A stretch of 64,000 nt of DNA, taken from the NCBI GenBank assembly GCA_047967505.1, contig CM106538.1, one strand, 5' to 3'. A program made the position numbers and the translations under genes. Shown piece after piece: positions 1 through 11,949 of this stretch (positions within the stretch are counted from its first letter, which is position 1; each line of letters begins with the position of its first letter). This DNA is from Dipteris shenzhenensis. Its lineage: Eukaryota. The notes under the pieces are model-generated. The model ran no database searches, had not been told where the DNA came from, and saw nothing but the letters and a program-made list of their open reading frames with translations.

Positions 1-3000
1 CTTATTAAAGATAGCAATGCTCCAGAAGTCCTTCTTCAGATTCTATCCTTTTGGCTGTTGGGAGAAGCGAGAACTTGGCTGCAGACTTTCTCTGCAAGGA
101 TGCATGATGATAATGGTGCTCATAGAAACCTGACTTATCCAGAGGTGAGGGCAGCTTTCCTGGACAAGTTTATGTGTGTTAGAGATCCTGATGGCATATG
201 GAGAGAGCTATGTTTATTGCAGCAATAGTCGACCCAGTCAGTGGATATGTCGGCAAGTTCACTGTGTTGTGGAATAAATGGCAGGTGGCCTTATTACTTG
301 AAGTTCCTCCCAGAGTCATAAAAAAGGATAGGTTTGTTGCTGGAGCCGGAGATTAGGATAAAGATTGAATGTAAAGAGCTGGTCACTTATGAGGATGCTC
401 TCAGGGTGGCAAAAGAGAAGGAGAGGAAGCAGATAAGATTGATGATGCAGGAGATGCCAATGGTTCAGCATGTGCTTGAAAGTCTCTCTCATGTGAAGCC
501 AAAAATATAGAAACCTGAAGTTAGAAAGGAGGAGAATATAAAAGAAGAAATTCATGAAATGTCGGAGCTTATGAAGAGTTTGAGTTTGAACTTGATGAAC
601 AATAGGGAAAGAGGTAGATCATTGGGTGATTATGGCAGAGGCAGCATGCCTTCTTCAAATAATTTAGGCCCGTGGCAGGCAAGATGAGGTCAAGGGTCAT
701 TTGCACCTTGTGTCCAGTGCTTTAATTGTGGAGAGTGGGGACATTACAGCACACACTCTGATAAGCTTTCTCGTGCTGGAGGTGATGTTTATCCATTGCC
801 AACAAGGTTAAATAATAGGGTGAATGATCACAGCGTAGAAGTAAAAGATGCAGCTCAGCCTAGTACCTCTGGAATTCATAAACCCACTACAAAAGAGAAA
901 GGGAAAGGTAAGGTAGTTACATTTGGCTTGTTGGAGTTGGAGGAAGTCAAAGATGTCATGCCATTAGGGAAGAGACATAGAGAAGAGGAGGTTGCTCTGA
1001 GTGCAAAGAAGCAAAAGTAGTCTGAGGAGATGATGACCTACCAAAAGAAGAAGAGCAGGAAGCCCAAAAGGAAGTACAGAACTACAGATTATCCAATAGG
1101 GAAGGAGCAGGGAGAGTATGATATGGTGGAAGATCTTTCAGTGAGGAAACTAGACATTACATTTGCCCAAATGATTGGTATGTGCCCAAAGCTTAAAAAA
1201 GAATGGAGGCGGGCTGTAAATCCAGCAAAGAAGAACTCTCATAAAGGTACAATTCAGCTGATGTGTGTCTCAAAGTTGCCAGATCTTTTACCTACTGTGG
1301 AAACTTGGCATAAAGGAAAGGGACTTGGAGAGGCGTATATAGATGGGGGTGCATAGATTTGTGTGATTACCTAGGCTTGTGTGGAGAGATTAGGGCTGAA
1401 GATATCTTGCTCCTCCAGTTATCGCATTAGAATGGCAAACCACTCCAAGGTGAATACTTTAGGGATAGGGAGGTTGAGGCATTCAGTGTTTCTTGTCAAG
1501 TGGATTGTCATGTGATGCCTGCTGGGTTGGGAGCCTATCCTTTAATTCTTGGAAGGCCATGGTTGAGGAAGGTAGGTGTAATTCAAAATTGGCAGAAAGG
1601 AATCTTTTCTGTACATACGAATGGGAAGAAATTGAATTTCGATATGGTAAGCAGGGCTGAAGTTTCAGATTCAGCAAGTGAAGAGGAAGAGAGAAGTGAG
1701 ACCAACAGTGAGGATGAGTGCTTGGTGACTTTATAAAGTGATGAAGGAACAATAGAATTGGTGGATCTGGTAGATGAGGATTCACAAGTAGATTTTGTGG
1801 GAGTAGCAGGGTTCGATGAGGAAGAGGTGGACAGGCTTGAGGTTATCGAGGAATTGATGCAGCCCAAATGTTCTCAAGAATCAACCTAGGTGATCATTGA
1901 ATCCTGATCTCAATGTTGAGGAGAAAGAAGAATATTTGAAGATGTTGCAGAAATACCCCAATTTGTTTATCACCTCTTATGAGGAGATTAGGAGATTTAA
2001 AGGGAAGCCTCTGAGGATTGAGCTGAAGGAAGGTGCCAAACCTATTTTTCAGAAGATAAGGAGATTAATCCCGGAACAGAGAGATGTGCTGAAGGAAGAG
2101 GTAGATAAGCTTCTCAAGGTAGGAATTATTTATCTTGTAGCTCACTCTGATTGGATAAGTCCTATGGTCATAGTGCCAAAAGGTGTAGACAAATGGAGAG
2201 TCTATGTCGATTACAAACCTTTGAATGCAGTGACAAAGAGAAACCACTATCCTCTTCCTTTTTTGGATGATATTCTTGATAGAGTGGTAGGTCATGAAAT
2301 GTACAGCTTGCGTGATGGGTATTCAAAGTACTTTTAGATAGCCATAGCCCAGGAAGATCAAATCAAGACTACCTTCATCACCCCTTGGGGCTGTTTTTGT
2401 TACAGGAAAATGCCTTTTGGAATTATTAATGGCCCCTCACACTACTAGGAGAATTCAAATCTGATTTTATCATCTTTCCTAGATAAATTCTGTAAAGTGT
2501 TTATTGATGACATCTGTGTCTATAGTGGAAGAAGGGAGCACTATGGCAAGCTAGATCAGGTATTTTATGAGATTGATAATAATGGTGGTCAATTAAATCC
2601 TAAGAAGACTCAGTTAGCTTGGACGATAATTGAAATATTGGGGCATATTGTATCTGATAATGGGATTGAGCTAGATCTAAGTAAAGTGAAAGCTTTAATT
2701 ATGTTGTCTTTTCCAGAGAATACCAAGTAGTGGCATATCTTTCTCCAAAAGGTGAAGTATCTGTCGAGATTTATTCATATGTTATCTCAGATTTTGTATC
2801 CTCTTCAGCAGGTGGTAAAATCTGAACCTCTGAAATGGATGAGGGAGAGTGAAGAGGTGTTTGAGGCAGCTAAGGAATCCTTGACTCATATTTCAAGTGT
2901 AAAGCCACCAGATTATTCTAGGACTTTTTATGTGAATCCATTTGTAGGACTAGATGCTATTGGTGCTATTCTGTTGCCAGTAGGGAGAGGGTTCCAAATA

Positions 3001-4946
3001 TATGAGGCCAGTCTACTATGCGAGTAGGGTAAAGAGTGAAACAGAGAGGAAGTATTCAGTAGCTGAAATGGTCCTGGCTAGCCTCTTGTATGCCTGTAGG
3101 AGATTCCGCTCTTATCTATTGTCTAGGCCTTTTGTGGTTCTCACCTCATGTTCACTACTATTGCCTCATATGTTGAATAGTACAAACATCTCAAGGAGCA
3201 TGATTAAATGGATTGTAGAGTTGTAGGAGTACTCTTTTACCTTCTTGGTTGAGAACTCTACCAGAGCTCCCTCGGCTGATCTCCTCACCTATAAGGAAGG
3301 AACTATTTTAGTTGAAGATGTGAAGAAGAACACTGATATGAATGAAGAAAAAGTACTAGAGGATGCATTTGTTTTACACTTTGATGGATCTTACAAAAAG
3401 AGTTTAAATAAAAGTACAGGAGGAATTGTCATTTATAATCTTGGAGGAAAGGAGATTCGAAAAATGGGAATTCAACTCGAAGCCAGCAGTAATAATGAAG
3501 TTGAATGTGCAGCCCTCTTCGAAGGTTTGAAACTATGAATTAGTCTGGGTATTAAGGGACTCATGATTAAGGGAGATGCTCTATTGGTTGTGAAGAAAAT
3601 TTTAGGTGTTTGGAAGGTTAAGCATGTTCATTTGAAGAGACAGATAAGTGCGGTGAAGAAACTATTAAATCAATTGGATGCTTGGAAACTCCAGCATATT
3701 GAAAGAGGTAAAAATATAAATGCACATGATGCTGCGCAGGAAATTACAGTAGTTTATGCAGTAGGAGTACAGGAGCGCTTTTACAAAGGAAGGGAGACAT
3801 TGGCTTGTTAGGAAAGCTTCCTGTTAATTGGTAAAGTGCCTGAAGAAGTTTTGAAACAAAGAAAATACAGATTTATTAAAAGCTATACCTCTTATTGTTT
3901 GATAGATGATGTTCTTTACATGAAGGGGGCTGATCTGGTGCTCAGAAGAATTCCCTGGCATGAAGAAGTTTTTCATATCCTACGAGCTAATCATGAGGGA
4001 GTATGTGGAGGACATTTTGCTTTCAAAATCATGCTAAGGAAAATACTTACAAAAGGGTATGTGTGGCCATCCTCTAGAGAGACATAAGACATTGGTGTAG
4101 GTCATGCCTATAGTGTCAGCAGATGAGTAAGAGGATCTTACATCCAAAACTCAGAAATATCATGCTTGCTTATAATATTTTTGAGAAATGGGGAATAGAT
4201 GCCATCGGTCCTCTACCCATGATAGCCAGGGGAAATGATTAAACACATATATGTCAGTCCCTATTATCCTCAATGTAATGGGATGAATGAAAAATTTAAT
4301 GGTGTGTGTACTAATATCATGGGAAAGATCATGCGAACACATGAGGAGTAGGACCTTGCTTGTGGGCTTACAGAGTTGTAGTAAAAGAAGGCACCCAGTT
4401 CTCACCATTTCATCTTGTTTACGGGAAAGCAGCTCTGTTGCCCTTGGAAGTAGAAATTCTTGCATTACAGATGTTAATGAAGATGAATGAGGATTCAAGT
4501 TCTACTTTCCAGAACCGGTTATTGGATTTGCAGGAAGCACAACTAGACAGACAAAAGGCGGTGGAACATTATGCTTTAATTCAAGAGAAGAATCAGAAGA
4601 GAGCAAACAGGAAGTTTAGGGATAAGAAAATCGAGGAGGATGATCTAGATTTGGGATACAACAGTAGTATGGATTCTACCTTCAAGAAGAAATTTGTGAC
4701 CAAATGGGATGACCTTTTCGCATGACAAAGAAATTCAAAAATGGCTCATATCAACTTGAGGATTTGGATGGTCAGCAGCATAAGAATAGAGTCAATGGAT
4801 TCAAACTAAAGAAATACTTTCATAGGATCATGAGTGTGGGCAACTGTGGACCTACTGTGATGAAACAAGACAAGACGGAAGACCTCATGGATGAGGATAT
4901 CTCTGAAGAAATGCAAATCTTATATACCCCTGTCTGCGAGACATGA
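1..4946 (+). pseudogene. Gypsy gag-pol pseudogene with additional archaeal-type RNase H between RH and integrase
   Basis: ORF fragments 1030-4946. aRH motifs LHFDGS...SNNEVECAAL...IKGDALLVV...HIERGKNINAH. Integrase core has a deletion near 4240. Confidence 0.88.
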
Positions 4947-4974
4947 ATGTCTGCAGATTGGGGGATGGGCAAAA

Positions 4975-7133
4975 TGATAGAACAAAACTTGTATCAAGTT
5001 TTTGAATACTATATATAGTTGTGGGCAGGCACCTAGTTGTACACATTGAGGAGGGTAGATGTGGGCTTTTGGCATTTGTGGATTTTTCTTTCACAAGCAT
5101 GATGGACTGATGTATAGTTTTTGGAGACAATAAAGTATGTTTTGCAGGGACTTCATGGGAAATGATGAAATGTAATGTGGTTGTACCAGATCTCTAGACC
5201 AAGGGTATCTAGTGTGTGGTCAAGTGAAAATGTTTTTGGGGTCATGTAAAATCAAGTCATGAAGGGAGTTTTTTCAATTTTCTTGAGTCAATGTGGTCTT
5301 GCATGTTACGGGAATTTGATATCTTATGGTGTCCATGTCAAGGGGCCTTTCATGTGGGTGTACGGGGGTGCATGCAAGCTTTAATGTGCATGCTAATGTG
5401 TGTGGGAATTGTGTGACTAAAGGTCCAAAATGTGCATTTAATGTGCCTTGGAGGTATTTGCATTTTTTTATGGGAGAGTAGTAAATTCCACGTGATGATA
5501 TGGAATGGAAATTTTGGAAGGGAACATGTGCATGCAAGGTGGCTACGTGATCTAGAAGAGGTTGACGGGTGGAATGGATCAAGGGGATGCTTGCTGGAAG
5601 GATCTACACTGCACTAGGAGGGCTCCTTGAAGAGAAGGCTGGACGACCAAATAAAGGAGAGAGGAAGGGAGGTTGTGATGGGTTTTGGACATGGGAGCTT
5701 CTCAGACTATGGGAGTCCGTGAGTCCCATGGCTTGTGTGATGATGGGAGATTTGCTTTGTTGGCTATCTTGACGTAAAGGTGGAAAAATGAATTACATAA
5801 CAACGATGGCTGCTCTTGAGATGCTGGAATACATTGTCTGTGGAGATCATGTGCACCAGGTCCCTAGGGGAGAAGCTGTGACGATGGAGTCCCTAATACA
5901 AGATAGTTGATCGTTAGTTGCACGAGATCTAGAAGCTTGTTCGAAGTGTGTAGGCTTGTAAGTGACGAACGAGTCGCCGACTGTTGCTTTGGCTGGAGTT
6001 CTTGATATGGGCTAAGATCATCATGCTAAGGAGGGCATGTGATTAGAGGTTAGGCTTCCGTATTTGAAGAGAGTTATGGATGTTGAGGCTTGGTGACAGA
6101 GAAGGCGACACTGTGGTGTCGCAACTATGAAGGTGTGAAGGAGAAGAGAGACACAGGTGCTTTGTGAGCAAGTGTAGGAGCTATGAGGCAATTACCTTTG
6201 CATGGAGGACCTTGGGCGACAAGGAATGTGATGCTGTGGCACTATCTTGATCATATGCCAAGCTATGAGCTGCTTACTCTTGTTGGGAGCTTAAGAGACT
6301 TAGCTTGTGCGATGAGTATGGGTTGTTTGCTTTTGCTGAAGTCTTGGGGTGCTGGGTTGTAAATCTCGATTGCAAATTTGGAGTGGACAGGCTCCGTGAT
6401 GATAAGAGAGGCCGTGTTGCTGGTTTTCTCCACATGAAGGAGATGCTATGGTGCAGTTATGACTATGTGAAGCGTTACGTGATGTTGTCCTTGATGGAAG
6501 CTTAGGAGTTTTGGCTGTGGGTTCACAGAATTCTGAGGTTGGCTATTTTCTGAGTTTTGGGGGAAAGTTCAGTTCTAAGTTTATCTGTTTCGGGTTGTGT
6601 AGTCTTTTGGTTCTCTTTGAGTCGATGTGGTTCATGTTCAGTCAATTTTTTTTGTGGGGGTTTGTCTCAGTGCCTGTGTCTAGGATTCTTACTCTAGATA
6701 CTGGTGCACGTGCTCTTGAACTCGAGCCCACATTGCTGCTGCTGATCCCTTGAGTTTCTGCTACAGTTTGTTTTCTCTTATACAAACCTTAAAGTATATG
6801 ATGATTTTATCTTTGGGAGCTTGGCCTAGAAGTACTCGGTGTGTCTTTTGAGGGTTTTCAGATTGAAGTGTTGTTCAATGAGGTTCTTGGGTACCGAGTA
6901 TGTATATCACATGGAATTTTGTGAAGAAGAAGAAACTATCTGAGTGATTGTAATTTGTGTTTACTGGAATCAAAGGTTGGTGCATGTGTGTTATCTTAGC
7001 TTCTTTTGTCCATACTATTTTCTGTGTATCAACGCTAGCTCACTAAAAGCCATGCTAACTGAGCTATTTTCAGGAAATGCAAGAGACTCTTGGATGTCAT
7101 TCCCCTTCCCCAATCCTCTACTAGGGCACTATG
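4975..7133 (+). repeat. Probable long (~2.1 kb) 3' LTR of the Gypsy element
   Basis: Purine tract GGGGGATGGGCAAAA (4960-4974) is followed by TGATAG. The end near GGGCACTAT (~7132) is a damaged match to CTATCA. No second LTR is in the window to confirm. Confidence 0.45.
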
Positions 7134-7159
7134 CGATTAACCATTTAATGACTTCACAT

Positions 7160-8200
7160 GTCCAAGGGGTTGAGGCGCCCCAGAGTTTGATAGCATGCAA
7201 TGAGTCTACCTTCTTCTTGAGGTGGTTGGGGTGCTAGCTGAGGGTTTGCCAAAATGTTATTTACCATGAGAAAAGTAGGGATTTTGTTGAGATGGCAAAG
7301 ACAATTTCTAATGCTAATGTTTTTGCAAACACCTTAGAGGTAGTTCCAAGCATAGTGATTTACCTCCAATCTCCAACCTTAACCATATCTGATTTCTTGG
7401 GATCAACTTAACCGTCCCCAAGTTTACATCAATAGAAATGCTTCCACACTGGCATACTTCATTAATTATGTGAGTCAAGTCTACTTTAATCAGAGGCCAG
7501 AAAGGCTCCTATGGAAACCTATTCATTTCCAAAAATTTTCCATCCTCCATGATATTCAATGGGGCATTATTAAGCTCATTTTTAGCAGTGAAGGCAACTA
7601 TAGTGGCATAGCTTCTTATTCATGCGTCCCAACATAGAGGAGTATTCTTGTTTCTAACATGCACCTATCTCTAGTGGGCATCCATTGATTCTGCAAAGTT
7701 TCTCAAGGAAGACTTGCTCAACCTTGCCTCTAGTGGCCACGATGACTCCCTCCCTCGTCATAACCTAGTCAATGCTCTCCCTAGTCTTTACATCCTTAAC
7801 GAACTAGAAAAAGAATATTTTTTATTTGCTTCAATTCTAGCCCCTTCATCCCTTCTTAATTTATCCTCTCTTAGTGGATGTTCTTGATGGAATCTTCAAG
7901 GCTGCCTTGCAAGCATCAAAGGAGAATCTTCCTAGGATAGTCCATAGAGGAGACCAACCATCTTTTGTGTCTCATCTCTTCTTGTTCCAACTGCTTGTAA
8001 ATAATACAACCCTCAACCATTCTCTCTTACACTTACCTTGACGATTTCCCACCTACCAACACTCTTGGATAAGCACAATCTTTCAAAATGTACACGTTAA
8101 TCTTTAGTAGCATGGTTTGCATAGAAAAACACTATAGTATTAGGTAGTGTTTAGAGATTGTTGAGGAGGTCATCATCCGCCCACATATATACTCTCAACT
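7160..8200 (-). mobile_element. Degenerate LINE (L1-like) ORF2 fragment
   Basis: Minus-strand translation near 7300-7375 gives GDWR*ITMLGTTSKVFAKTLA, resembling the LINE RT motif WRPISLLN..YKIFAK.LA. Boundaries are approximate. Confidence 0.6.
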
Positions 8201-8659
8201 AGCACCCCACTAGGGGAATAGAAGTAATCAATTCTTCTAACCCTAAAAGAGCAAATTCCCACGCATGACTTACGGAGTTCAATTTGCTTTAAATGGGGTG
8301 TTGAGTCCCAAAACTAGGCAAGTATAAGCAAAAATAGTATTACTTAAGTAATATAAAACCGACTAGTGCATGCATTAATGAAGACTCTTGGCTCAACAAG
8401 TTTGCCACGGGACCTGGTGAAAGAAATGTGTTGCCGCAAAATCCAGACTAGTGTGACGTGGATAATGGGTAGGTTTGAGCTCACGAAGCAAAAATTTGGA
8501 GGTTAAGCATCTTTGTTAAACATTTTTGTCTTTTGTAGGGGGACATAAGGGGAAGACTTTCATTATAAAAATGAAATAACTTTCGAGAATTGCGTGAGAA
8601 CTTATATGCAATTGGTATATTACATTTCAACAATTGCGTGAACTTATATGCAATTGGTA

Positions 8660-9871
8660 TCTTTTTCTTTCTCAAGGAGAGCTTTGGGGGAGGACGATTG
8701 GAAGATTCTTGGCCGTTGGATTATGGACATTCCATACCCACCATTGGATCACAAGCTGTGCGCGATCATCGTCTCTCTCTCTCTTCTTCTCCTTCTCCTT
8801 TCTTCGTCCATCGCGTTCTTTCCTCCTTTCGATTCCTTTCCTCCATGGCTATAGTGATGGGATATTGCAGGTTCGGCAGACCACGCACAAAGCTGCCTCT
8901 CTTCCTCTCCTTCCATCGTCGACTGCCTCTCCATCCGGTTCACCGCGTCAGAACCATTCTCAGGCCTACACATCGGATCTCGACGGAGTAAGTTGACTTG
9001 CTAGCTTCTATCGAAAGATACACTTCCACAAAACCCTGTGACTCTTACGCGTACGTCGCTGGCCCGGGTGATGCAAGGCAATCAATTTCGCCCCGTGCTC
9101 ATCCCAATCCGGAATGCAGTGAGTCATACTCTGCAAAGCCAGCAAGCTCGATGAGAGAAGAATTGGGAGACCAAGACACTGTGAGACTTCTCATTGAGCA
9201 ATCTCCCACCATGAGGCTTACCTCCTTCTGAAAGGAGCAATACACGACTCTTTCTCTACAGCAATGGAGCCTCTTCTACTCAAAGACAGTCCCACCCGCG
9301 GAGCAACGGATTTCCTCCGACAAACAAGGTCAAAGAATCGTAGCTATCTGCACAGATGCTTGAGCTATGGAGCTGAGTGATGCTTCCTGCCGATCTGGTG
9401 AACGATTTCGAAGCAGAAATGCACATCTGCGGCTGATGCATTGGAGCTGACTTGATCAGGGAAGGCAGGATGGAGACAAAGACAGAGAGCGCGAGACTGT
9501 TACTCCTCCTGCATCTTCATCTTCGTCGTCCTCGCTGAGAATCAATATTTCTCGTTTTCTCCCTCGCGAAGAATCAATGCTTGGATCAAAGGCAGTCTGG
9601 CGATATCACGCCACATTCACGTCAAAGCTGGGAGGGGAAATCGTATATGATCGGGGAGAGGCAGAGACTTTGTCTGTGCCTCTCTTGCTGACGCAAGGTA
9701 ACAGGACTCTAAGTCTGTTGAGCAGCATTACCGTCATGGTTTTGTGAGTTTTCGTGAAAGCAAAAAAGAGCACGGACGTCTACTATACTCAAGAACTGCC
9801 CGTGCAAAAAGACTCAAAATAATTATGGTGAAGTCTTCTACATCCGTAGCGTAGCGCGGGTTACATACTAG
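8660..9871 (+). mobile_element. Non-autonomous Helitron (1212 bp) carrying gene-like sequence
   Basis: 5' TC after host A (8659|8660). 3' hairpin CCGTAGCGTAGCGCGG (9844-9859) then CTAG (9868-9871) before host T. No TSD. Removing it restores caattggta|tattacattt, identical to the adjacent repeat at 8609-8627. The segment is absent from the paralogous region near 41800. Confidence 0.88.
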
Positions 9872-10356
9872 TATTACATTTGATGAAGACTGTTTGTGTA
9901 GAGGGATTCTGTTTGTAGGAAATTTCCTTACAAGTTTAAAATTCTTCTGTCGTAAGGGATCTGCCTGCTGCTTCGGCGGCATGGATATGCTGTCGCAAGC
10001 AATAGTACTCGTCGCCGAGCAGAAAGCGCTTATCAGCGCTGTCCCGCTTGGCAATTGGAAGTAGGAGGCCCTTAGCTCGGCTTGTTTCGGTTGCCAACGC
10101 GCCATTGCTTTCCTGGATCGGTCAAGCATGATGTTTGTCCACGAGCGAGCTGCAGGCGTTCACCTTCCAAGCATCATGCAGCTTGGCCCTATGTCCGATC
10201 GGTCTATAAGTATTCTTCGGCTTGTGCTGTGGCGGCATAGGCTGTCCAATTTTCTGTTGGCAAGCTGGCAGCGAGCTGCTCGAACTTGGAAGCTGTAGAA
10301 CAAGCCGGGCTTTACTAGAATTCATAAATGAACCGGCAGGTTTTACTCGAGTTTCA

Positions 10357-11255
10357 TCACTCTTGTCCTTCCGATGTCACCAACACTACCTCATAGATCC
10401 CAAACCTGCATTTGGCACCCAAGTTCCTCCAGTACGATTCCCCAGGTGTTCCTCCTGGGGTATTAAAGAATGCGTAGGCTGCCTCTTCGTGCTGCCAGAT
10501 TCCCAATCCTAACATTCTCAAACCATCGAAGGATTTATAGAAAGTGCAAGATAACAAGCCCTCAACTTTCTGGAAATAAGCCTTTTGAATGGCTAAGCAC
10601 GAATACGAAAGCAATTCTTTATATTTGGTATCTCCAATGATACCCCGTATGTGCACCACATCTCCTTGTGATATCTCCGGAAACAAATCCTTCCCTTTGG
10701 AGTCCCAGCAGGATACTTCGTACCAGCTAACATCGACGCTTCTTGCTATGGGAGAAATCGCCTTGTCAAACACATCCATCTGTAAACAAATAGTCATTAG
10801 TTTGGGAGATTGCCACAATTTCACGTACTAATTCACTGCCGGAAAGCTAGTGACGGAAACTACCAATGCTACTGGCTCTTTCTTGAAAGGATTCTCTGAC
10901 TGCCTCACCTTTGGATTCTTGGCGCAAGGAACGTCTGCCGCGGTTCCCTTTTCCCAAACCGAGTACACAGCAACCTGCGCAGCGCAAGGTAAACGAGTTA
11001 GTAGATGCATGTCAAAGAGTGGGTAGGAGCGGAGCAGCGAAGAAATGAAAGGGAGGAGGAAGCGGGTCTCACCCAAGCGGAGGAGGAGTTGCTGAGGCTT
11101 TTGAGGACGGCGGAGCGGACGAAGCCGGTGTGATGGAAGGATTGGGAGATGGAGGAGAGGCGAGCGAGGAGGTGGCGAGTGGTGAAGGGGGGGCAAGGTC
11201 GGAAGATGGCAACGGAGACCCAACACGAATTGTCGACGGAGAGGGCGAGCGCCAT
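10357..11255 (-). CDS. Uncharacterised 223-aa protein with two ABM/dimeric alpha-beta-barrel-like repeats (paralog 1, 3 exons)
   Basis: Exons 11255-11073, 10974-10909, 10779-10357, with GT-AG phase-0 introns and an open spliced frame. Same exon structure as the copy at 40512-41361. Repeat motifs GFVRSAVLKS..VAVYSVW and GLLSCTFYKSFDG.RMLGLGIWQHEEAA. Confidence 0.88.
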
Positions 11256-11327
11256 TGATATTGATTCTCAGAAAGAGCTCACGAGGAAAACGTAAAGATT
11301 GCAAGATACAGATGCTCATTTTGGGAA

Positions 11328-11447
11328 ATTTATACACGCCCATAGAAATACCACGTGTCGGCTCAACAGTTCCACGCGTCAGCACCATCGCCATGCTCAC
11401 GTAGCACCACGCGCAAACGTGCAGGCGGTTACCTACTTCCACGTGTC
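11328..11447 (-). promoter_or_regulatory. TATA box plus ABRE/G-box and CE3/CGCG-box cluster upstream of paralog 1
   Basis: On the minus strand: TATAAAT 11334-11328; GACACGTGG at 11359-11351 and 11447-11439; GACGCGTGG at 11380-11372; CGCGTGG at 11413-11407. Largely conserved in paralog 2. Confidence 0.65.
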
Positions 11448-11949
11448 CCTTTCTGATTTGCTCTTCCTCCCTGGGAATCTGCACCGTCCTTTCCTCCGAA
11501 GGTGCTGGGAGTTTGCACCCTCCATTTCAATCTCTTTGTGCGGTAACCGGTTGGTCTTATTCTTGAACTTTTACGTATTTTTCCTTGGAGATTACTCTAC
11601 AAGCAACGTTTTTTAAACACATTGATCTTTTTTGGGTGGAAAATGAAAGTAAATTAATTTCAGAAAAGAAAGTAACAATAGTAGAGCTGCAGTTAGCCTA
11701 GAGGCCAGACTTCACCCGACTCACCTAAAAAGTCAACAATATTCTCAATGTTATGTACCTAGCCTACCTCATTCATGCCTTTCATTTTTATCCACCTGAC
11801 TCCTCCAAGGAAAGATTGTGACTTGCCTTACGTCTTCAAGGGGTTATCACAAGATGAAATCATGCATTACACTATTGCTCGTGTTTCTTTGACTTTGTTG
11901 TTGTTCCAATCCATCAGCCCATCCACAGATTTCAGTTATCATGTTTATG

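Larger units (their letters stand above)
1..7133 (+). mobile_element. Ty3/Gypsy LTR retrotransposon, Tat-like, decayed; 5' end lies outside the window
   Basis: Domain order gag (zinc knuckle CFNCGEWGH ~718-750), protease (AYIDGGA ~1333), RT (WISPMVIVPK, DYKPLN, FIDDI; 1897-2730), RH (2752-3226), second RH (LHFDGS; 3245-3811), integrase (HEGVCGGHF, EKWGID; 3836-4830). Many stops and frameshifts. Confidence 0.92.

Noticed and set aside
5432-6753. Short ORFs after the first Gypsy as an env-like gene
   Set aside because: Fragmentary, with no consistent frame or motif; probably LTR sequence.
8845-9747. In-frame stops as sites of U-to-C RNA editing
   Set aside because: Such editing is organellar. 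This is nuclear TE-borne DNA, where methylation-driven C>T explains the stops.
9734-10325. Minus-strand ORFs downstream of paralog 1 as a separate gene
   Set aside because: The frame is not preserved in the paralogous flank (41400-41800), and one ORF crosses the Helitron boundary.
10828-11484. 218-aa minus ORF and similar overlapping ORFs (40488-40895, 40541-40900)
   Set aside because: Alternative-frame or intron read-through of the spliced gene; upstream parts are not conserved between paralogs.
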